From an uncultured delta proteobacterium (GTDB lineage Bacteria > Desulfobacterota > Desulfobacteria > Desulfobacterales > SG8-13), in contig CAWKCK010000017.1 of the NCBI GenBank assembly GCA_963848135.1, forward strand, positions 806,001 through 870,000: DNA of 64,000 bases, in the 5' to 3' direction. Positions within the stretch are counted from its first letter, which is position 1; each line of letters starts with the position of its first letter. Below are positions 57,854-64,000 of the stretch, piece by piece. A program made the translations under genes and the position numbers. The notes under the pieces were generated by a model. That model searched no databases. It saw nothing but the letters and a program-made list of their open reading frames with translations, and was not told where the DNA came from.

Positions 57854-59452
57854 ATGGAAAATGAGATCTTACCATCCGGCATCGATGTCACCGGATCTTT
57901 GTCAGCAGAGTTTTCCCGAATTCTCACACCGGAAGCACTCGCATTTGTTGCCGATTTGGCGCGCCGTTTCGAAGCCCGTCGTAAAGAATTGCTGGAACGT
58001 CGCCTCAAAGTTCAAGCGGAGATCGATGCCGGCAAACTTCCGGATTTTTTGGAAGAAACCCGATCTGTCCGGGATGGTGACTGGAAAGTTGACCCGGTGC
58101 CGAATGACTTGAAAAACCGCACGGTGGAGATCACCGGACCGGTTGACCGCAAAATGGTAATAAATGCTCTCAACTCGGGCGCCACCACATATATGGCGGA
58201 CTTTGAAGACGCTCATGCCCCGACCTGGGACGGAACCATCCGGGGTCAAATCAACCTTCGGGATGCCGTCGATGGCACCATCGAATTTCAAAACCCGGCT
58301 GGAAAAATTTACCGGCTGGCCCCAAAAACCGCAACGCTCATCGTTCGCCCCCGTGGCTGGCATCTGCTCGAAAAACACGTCACCGTCGATGGAAAGCCGA
58401 TATCAGCCAGCCTGTTCGACTTCGGCCTATTCTTTTTTCACAATGCCCGCCAACTCATTTCAAACGGAACAGGTCCCTATTTCTACCTGCCCAAAATGGA
58501 AAGTCACCTGGAAGCGCGACTGTGGAACGACGTCTTCGTTTACGCCCAGAATTCGCTGGATATTCCGGTGGGAACCATCAAAGCCACAGTGCTCATAGAA
58601 ACGATTCTGGCGGCCTTCGAGATGGATGAAATCCTATACGAACTCCGCCATCACGCCGCCGGGCTCAACTGCGGCCGGTGGGATTATATTTTTAGTTTCA
58701 TTAAGCGCTTCAAAAACAATCCGGAATTTATCTTCCCGGATCGGGCCCAGATCACCATGACCCGGCACTGCATGCACGCCTATTCTCTCCTGGCAATCAG
58801 AACCTGTCACCGCCGGGGGGCTCATGCCATCGGCGGGATGGCAGCGCAGATTCCCATTAAAAATAATCCGGAAGAAAATGCCGCCGCACTGCAAAAAGTC
58901 CGTGATGACAAGACCCGCGAGGCCACAGACGGTCATGACGGCACTTGGGTAGCTCATCCTGGCCTGGTGCCAATCGCCCTGGAGGAGTTCGGGAAAGCAA
59001 TGCCGGGTCCGAATCAACTGGAAAAACTGCGCCAGGATGTGCACGTAACGGCAATCGATCTTCTGCGGTTGCCAGCGGGAACAATAACTGAAACCGGATT
59101 ACGAACCAATGTCAGCGTAGGCATTCAATACATGGCGAATTGGCTAAACGGCCTCGGTTGCGTTCCGCTCTATAACCTGATGGAAGATGCCGCAACGGCC
59201 GAGATTTCGCGCACCCAGGTATGGCAGTGGGTTCACCACCCCAAAGGAATCCTGGATGATGGCCGCAAGGTTACCTTGGAATTCTTTCGCACAGTGGTCA
59301 AAGAAGAACTGGAGAATATCCGTTCGGAAGTTGGCCCCAAACAATACGAAACAGTAAAATATGCCTTGGCCGCCCGGCTCTTCGAAGAAATTATCGCGGC
59401 TGATGAATTGGAAGAATTTTTAACACTACGGGCGTACGACTATCTCGACTGA
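57854..59452 (+). CDS. aceB: Malate synthase A
   Basis: [56 protein letters not shown]. Confidence 0.96.
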   Translation: MENEILPSGIDVTGSLSAEFSRILTPEALAFVADLARRFEARRKELLERRLKVQAEIDAGKLPDFLEETRSVRDGDWKVDPVPNDLKNRTVEITGPVDRKMVINALNSGATTYMADFEDAHAPTWDGTIRGQINLRDAVDGTIEFQNPAGKIYRLAPKTATLIVRPRGWHLLEKHVTVDGKPISASLFDFGLFFFHNARQLISNGTGPYFYLPKMESHLEARLWNDVFVYAQNSLDIPVGTIKATVLIETILAAFEMDEILYELRHHAAGLNCGRWDYIFSFIKRFKNNPEFIFPDRAQITMTRHCMHAYSLLAIRTCHRRGAHAIGGMAAQIPIKNNPEENAAALQKVRDDKTREATDGHDGTWVAHPGLVPIALEEFGKAMPGPNQLEKLRQDVHVTAIDLLRLPAGTITETGLRTNVSVGIQYMANWLNGLGCVPLYNLMEDAATAEISRTQVWQWVHHPKGILDDGRKVTLEFFRTVVKEELENIRSEVGPKQYETVKYALAARLFEEIIAADELEEFLTLRAYDYLD

Positions 59453-59522
59453 CCCGTGGGCGTTGTTCAATTTTACAGGCGACGCAGGAGCGTCGTTTCC
59501 AAGGACGGCAAGAGGAGGAAAG

Positions 59523-60860
59523 ATGAAAACAATTGAAGAAACCGCGACCGAAATATGTGATCGGCTCTCCTGCCACGAGGTTCAGCCCGATGAGGTCGTC
59601 GCGTGCAGCGAATGTTGGGAACAGGATCCCCGGTGGAAAGGAATAGTGCGTCCCTATACCGCCGAAGAAGTACTAAAATTGCGCGGCACTCTATGCGTGT
59701 CGCATACGTTCGCCGAAGTCGGTGCCAAAAGACTCTGGTATTTGATAAACAACGAAGAATATGTGCCTGCGTTGGGCGCACTGACCGGCAACCAGGCCGT
59801 CCAGCAAGTCGAGGCCGGTTTGAAGGCGATTTATCTGAGCGGCTGGCAGGTGGCGGCGGACGCTAACCTTGCCGGAGAAATGTACCCGGACCAGAGTCTC
59901 TATCCCTCCAACAGTGTCCCGGCCGTTGTCAAAAGGATCAACAACGCCCTACGGCGAGCGGATCAAATTCAGGTTCTCGATGCCCGTAAAGGGGGTCCGA
60001 ATTGGTTTGCCCCGATTGTTGCCGACGCGGAGGCCGGTTTCGGCGGACCATTAAACGCTTTTGAGCTCATGAAAATGATGATCCAAGCCGGCGCCGCCGG
60101 TGTCCACTTTGAAGACCAACTCGCTTCAGCCAAAAAATGTGGCCATCTCGGCGGTAAAGTCCTGATTCCGACCCAGGAGTTTATCGCCAAATTGGTGGCT
60201 GCACGGTTGGCCGCCGACATCTGCGGCGTACCAACGGTATTGATCGCTCGTACCGATGCCGATGCCGCCCGTTTGGTAACCAGCGATGTCGATGAACGGG
60301 ACAGGCCGTTCATTCTCGATCAGCCGCGATCTTCCGAAGGATTCTATTACGTTAAAAGCGGTGTGGAATCCGCGATCGCCCGTGGTCGAGCCTATGCCCC
60401 TTTCGCCGATATGATCTGGTGCGAAACCTCGACTCCCGATCTCGACCTGGCCCGCAAATTTGCCGAGGGAATCCACGCCGAGTATCCGGGCAAACTCCTG
60501 GCGTATAATTGCTCGCCCTCATTCAACTGGAAAGCCAACCTGGACGACGCCACGATAACCCGGTTTCAAAAGGAGCTGGCGGCAATGGGATACAAATTTC
60601 AATTCGTCACCCTGGCGGGCTTTCATGCCCTTAACCTGGGGATGTTCGATCTTGCATTGAGTTATCGCAAGCAGGGGATGTTGGCTTACTCCCAATTCCA
60701 GGAAGTGGAATTCAAACATGGAAAAGAAGACGGATATATGGCGACCACCCACCAAAAATTTGTCGGTACCGGATATTTCGACCGCGTAATGAATGCCATC
60801 ACAAGCGGGGAAACTTCGGTGGGTGCTCTCAACGGATCCACTGAAGAAAAGCAATTCTAA
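59523..60860 (+). CDS. aceA: Isocitrate lyase
   Basis: [56 protein letters not shown] before ATG 59523. Confidence 0.96.
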   Translation: MKTIEETATEICDRLSCHEVQPDEVVACSECWEQDPRWKGIVRPYTAEEVLKLRGTLCVSHTFAEVGAKRLWYLINNEEYVPALGALTGNQAVQQVEAGLKAIYLSGWQVAADANLAGEMYPDQSLYPSNSVPAVVKRINNALRRADQIQVLDARKGGPNWFAPIVADAEAGFGGPLNAFELMKMMIQAGAAGVHFEDQLASAKKCGHLGGKVLIPTQEFIAKLVAARLAADICGVPTVLIARTDADAARLVTSDVDERDRPFILDQPRSSEGFYYVKSGVESAIARGRAYAPFADMIWCETSTPDLDLARKFAEGIHAEYPGKLLAYNCSPSFNWKANLDDATITRFQKELAAMGYKFQFVTLAGFHALNLGMFDLALSYRKQGMLAYSQFQEVEFKHGKEDGYMATTHQKFVGTGYFDRVMNAITSGETSVGALNGSTEEKQF

Positions 60861-60989
60861 CGCGAAATTTGGGGAAGGATAGAGTTTATCCGCCGTTGTC
60901 CCGAACGCGAGACATAGATATCGGTGATACGCCCAGGCGCAGCCGCCGTTTCAGTATGAAACCTTTGCGTGCACCGATAGAAAGAGGGA

Positions 60990-61586
60990 ATGAATTATCT
61001 GGCTCACGCATATCTTGCCGAATCATCAGATGAATTTCTGGTCGGCAGCTTCATAGGGGATTTCGTCAAAGGATCGGTAGGAGAGAATTTCAGTACCGAA
61101 ATCGCCAATGGTATCCACTTCCACCGGCGAGTCGACACCTATGCGGACAACCACAAACTGACCCGGACCAGCCGCAATTTTTTTAGCCGCAAACGTCGAC
61201 GATATGCTGGGATCATCCTTGATATCTGTTACGATCATTTCCTGTCCAAACACTGGTCCACCTATGCCGAAGCGGAGCTCTCAGGATTCATTGAACGGAT
61301 TTACTCTGTCCTGAAACGTCACCGGAGTATTCTGCCCCAAAAACTGCAAACTGTTTTACCGCGGATGTTAGAACAGGACTGGCTGGCGTGCTACCGCACC
61401 CTCGATGGGGTCGATATCACCTTGAATCGGATCGCAAAACGGATCACTAGAGCAAACTTTCTGAGTGGATCCGTTGATGAGGTCCAAAGCAACTACCGCA
61501 GGCTGGAAGATAATTTCCTGGCTTTTTTCCCCGATCTGCTCGAATTTGCGCAACCTTTCTCCGAATTGAGATCAAAACGACAGTAA
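60990..61586 (+). CDS. acpH: Acyl carrier protein phosphodiesterase
   Basis: MNYLAHAYL, GDFVKG, HRRVDTYAD, DICYDHFL, FLAFFPDL. Confidence 0.88.
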   Translation: MNYLAHAYLAESSDEFLVGSFIGDFVKGSVGENFSTEIANGIHFHRRVDTYADNHKLTRTSRNFFSRKRRRYAGIILDICYDHFLSKHWSTYAEAELSGFIERIYSVLKRHRSILPQKLQTVLPRMLEQDWLACYRTLDGVDITLNRIAKRITRANFLSGSVDEVQSNYRRLEDNFLAFFPDLLEFAQPFSELRSKRQ

Positions 61587-61648
61587 CAGCGTTCAAAAAT
61601 GCACGTGTCGCCGTCAGTGCCAGGCGACTATCGATGAAATAATGGATT

Positions 61649-62149
61649 TCAAATGAGGTAGGCTCTGAGCTTCTTCAGATCCGTGTCTGTGGGTTCATTC
61701 AGAACGGCCCCGACCTGTATCTCGCCGTCCACTTCAACCATACGGCGGGCATCGCATTCAAAGTCGATATCTTCTCCGGTCTGAGGAAGTTTGAAGGTAA
61801 TATTGAACCGATCCAATTCACGCAGGAATGCTTCTTTGATTTTCGATCCCTTGGGATATGTCACGAATACACCGCCCATGGCGATATCGGTGATGACACA
61901 TGGAAACGAATCCCTTAATCCGTCTATATCCATCGTCGTGATCGCCGGGAGCGTAATCTTGCTTCTCTGGTGCCCGCGCCGGTCGGAGCCGGTTTCATGG
62001 GGCAGCAAGTAGCGCTGCTCTTCAAGATAGTCAAGAATGATCTTGTCCAGTAATGAAGCGACGGTACGCCGCTCTTTCTTGGCTGCCCGCTTGAGTGCTT
62101 CGCGCACTAAAATGCTCATACGGATACTGTATACGATGTCTTTTTTCAT
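61649..62149 (-). CDS. Ribbon-helix-helix + PilZ domain fusion protein
   Basis: N-terminal YSIRM(strand)-VREALKRAAKKERR-TVASLLDKIILDYL is a CopG/Arc-like pattern. Then PilZ motifs RRGHQR and DIAMGG. Confidence 0.78.
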   Translation of the reverse strand: MKKDIVYSIRMSILVREALKRAAKKERRTVASLLDKIILDYLEEQRYLLPHETGSDRRGHQRSKITLPAITTMDIDGLRDSFPCVITDIAMGGVFVTYPKGSKIKEAFLRELDRFNITFKLPQTGEDIDFECDARRMVEVDGEIQVGAVLNEPTDTDLKKLRAYLI

Positions 62150-62158
62150 AGCATCTGT

Positions 62159-62187
62159 ATTGTATAAATATTGTATTACAATGTCAA
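62159..62187 (-). promoter_or_regulatory. Near-consensus sigma70 promoter with overlapping operator-like repeats
   Basis: TTGACA (62187-62182), 17-nt spacer, TACAAT (62164-62159), 9 nt before the ATG. Palindrome ATTGTA-T-TACAAT at 62170-62182. Confidence 0.7.
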
Positions 62188-62344
62188 TTGTTTTTTAAGT
62201 GTGTGCGACAACATAATCGTCTAAGGCCATATATGAGGTTGCTATTGACCTAAAAGAGACAGTGTGGTTGAGTTGCATGAAGGATGATGACTCACGCTGC
62301 AGCTGGACCGCTGAATGGTGCCCCTTCGCTAAATAAAGGATAAT

Positions 62345-62851
62345 ATGGAAAAATCGCCCGAATCCCCGACCCCTGAGGCGCATCGGTCGAATGATAATCA
62401 GGATCCTACCGAACCGAATCCGTCCAAGGACGCCGATGAAGCCGTCACCAAAGGTAGAGCGCCCGGTGAGATGGATACGGCCGCCCCACCGTCGTCCCCT
62501 GTCCCCCCGGAGCAGGGAAGCCGTGATGATGCCACTGACACGCCGGATGCAGCAGCGGACGGCAAGCAGGATGCGCCTGTTCGAAATGAAAACTTAAACC
62601 TCGATATGATTCTTGAAATTCCTCTGGAGATCACCGTGGAACTGGGCAGAACACAGATGCCGATCAGCAAACTGCTCCAGCTGGGACCCGGCTCAGCGGT
62701 TCCTCTATCAAAACTTGAGGGCGAACCGGTCGACATCATGGCCAATGACCGGTTGATTGCCAAAGGTATCGTCCTGGTCAAGGATGAAAAATATGGCATC
62801 CAAATTACGGAAATTACCGGGCGTTTGAATAGGTTACGGGGACTGCGCTGA
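62345..62851 (+). CDS. fliN: FliN/SpoA-domain switch-like protein with long low-complexity N-terminus
   Basis: NLDMILEIPLEITVELGRT, LGPGS, EGEPVDI, IAKG, YGIQITEI. Confidence 0.8.
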   Translation: MEKSPESPTPEAHRSNDNQDPTEPNPSKDADEAVTKGRAPGEMDTAAPPSSPVPPEQGSRDDATDTPDAAADGKQDAPVRNENLNLDMILEIPLEITVELGRTQMPISKLLQLGPGSAVPLSKLEGEPVDIMANDRLIAKGIVLVKDEKYGIQITEITGRLNRLRGLR

Positions 62852-62966
62852 CAAATAAGGATCGCAAAAATACCGCAGACGGTGGTAATCGCCGCCCGCA
62901 ACGCTCACCCCCTGTTGCGTGCCCCCCCGTTGCCAATTCATTGGCCGCATCGATCGATCATCCGAT

Positions 62967-64000
62967 TCAGGGACGCACCGCACGCACCGCACCACAGGCA
63001 TATAAATTCTTCTGCTGTCGTCTGAAACCGTTCTCCCTGTCTGACGTCACAATCAATGCCGCCTTGTTGTACCCCTTGACAAATACTTCCGTTGTCCAAT
63101 ACCAATCCGCACTCGTCCCTGGATAATACGGACGGCTCTTGTAAAGTCCCGCCAGTTCGTTGCCAAACGGTAGACGCCAGTCACGGTAGCCGCCAGTAGT
63201 CAATTCACTCACGTATTCTTGCGCGGTACTGAAATCCTGGCACCGGCCGGTGGCCGAGTATGAGTCGAGCAAACTCCAAGTCAAGCCCGTTTTCGTATCT
63301 TTGAAGGTATCGCTGCCGTTGACCTGGTAGCGGGAGCCGGCCTGGCGCACTTGCGTCACGACCTTTTCTCTGGTGGCCTGAAACTGTTTTTGCCTCAGGG
63401 CCAGCTCCGCCTGCTGCCGCTTGCGCTGCTCCTCAATCCGGGACTGATAGAGAGAACGGTTTTGGGTCTGGAGCTGGGTCAACAATCCCTGCGCATTTTG
63501 ATCGTACTTGCTGGATGGATTCAGCCGGATATACTGCACAACGTAGTTAATTCTGTCGGGCAGACTGTAACGGCTGTTCTGGCTGTAAGCGACAACCGTC
63601 TGCCATTCACTGTTTTCTCTAATGATCCAATCCAGTTTGGCAATCTTCTCTTTAATCCGGTCGATCTGAGTGGAATCAGGGTTATCTTGCAAGTATTCGG
63701 TCAGAATTTTCTTGGCGGACTCATATTTATCACCGAGACGCTGTACCGCATGCATGACCTGGGCGACGGCTCTTTTGTCCTCCATGACAGCCTTCAGGTC
63801 ATTGACTTCCGTCGTACGGTAATTGCTTTTAAAGGATTTGAGAAAGTTGCTGCAAAGCAGAATACACCGATCCCAGTCGCTTGCCTGATCGCATTGCGGT
63901 ATCTCCCGCATTAAATGACCGTAGTACTCTTCGCTCATGTCGGCAATCAGGGCTTCGACCTGAGCTCTATGCCGTCCGTTCGGGTGTTTCAAAAGGTAAC
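62967..64000 (-). CDS. 5'-partial helical protein with C-terminal DUF1566 domain
   Basis: DTKTGLTW, GGYRDWRLP...EL, YWT, VRAVR motifs. The frame stays open to the window edge. Confidence 0.72.
   Translation of the reverse strand, partial: YLLKHPNGRHRAQVEALIADMSEEYYGHLMREIPQCDQASDWDRCILLCSNFLKSFKSNYRTTEVNDLKAVMEDKRAVAQVMHAVQRLGDKYESAKKILTEYLQDNPDSTQIDRIKEKIAKLDWIIRENSEWQTVVAYSQNSRYSLPDRINYVVQYIRLNPSSKYDQNAQGLLTQLQTQNRSLYQSRIEEQRKRQQAELALRQKQFQATREKVVTQVRQAGSRYQVNGSDTFKDTKTGLTWSLLDSYSATGRCQDFSTAQEYVSELTTGGYRDWRLPFGNELAGLYKSRPYYPGTSADWYWTTEVFVKGYNKAALIVTSDRENGFRRQQKNLYACGAVRAVRP

Noticed and set aside
63351..63914. 187-aa plus-strand ORF
   Set aside because: Antisense shadow of the DUF1566 gene.

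Overview
Bacterial chromosomal window. Gene content (NifJ-type PFOR, ADP-forming acyl-CoA synthetase, a UGA-recoded OsmC protein, a trmD/SPOUT pair, many hybrid kinases) suggests an anaerobic Desulfobacterota-like organism; this is inference only. The first 20.7 kb are one giant surface-protein gene, 5' end outside the window, with at least 6,906 codons visible. A single extra G at 4495 splits it into two ORFs. Its domains are a beta-helix tail, Calx-beta, 34 tandem 366-bp DUF11-type repeats, 7 further Calx-beta, a Big_1 Ig, DUF11, SdrD-B-like, FlgD-like Ig, OmpA-C, two Ig domains and a predicted C-terminal outer-membrane barrel. Tightly downstream are a membrane-anchored FecR-like protein, a HAMP histidine kinase, a REC protein with a dead GGDEF domain but intact I-site, and three more phosphorelay proteins. 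This locus is the best candidate for an undescribed trans-envelope adhesion/surface-sensing system. The remainder holds a 140-bp MITE, a probable OsmC-like selenoprotein with a SECIS hairpin, the ffh-rpsP-khpA-rimM-trmD-SPOUT-rplS-rnhB-yraN-rsmI cluster, and central metabolism genes (acyl-CoA synthetase, PFOR, fumarase, coaE, aceK-aceB-aceA). It also holds an RHH-PilZ fusion with a candidate autoregulatory operator, an orphan FliN-like gene and a partial DUF1566 gene. All domain calls are by motif recognition, without database searches.
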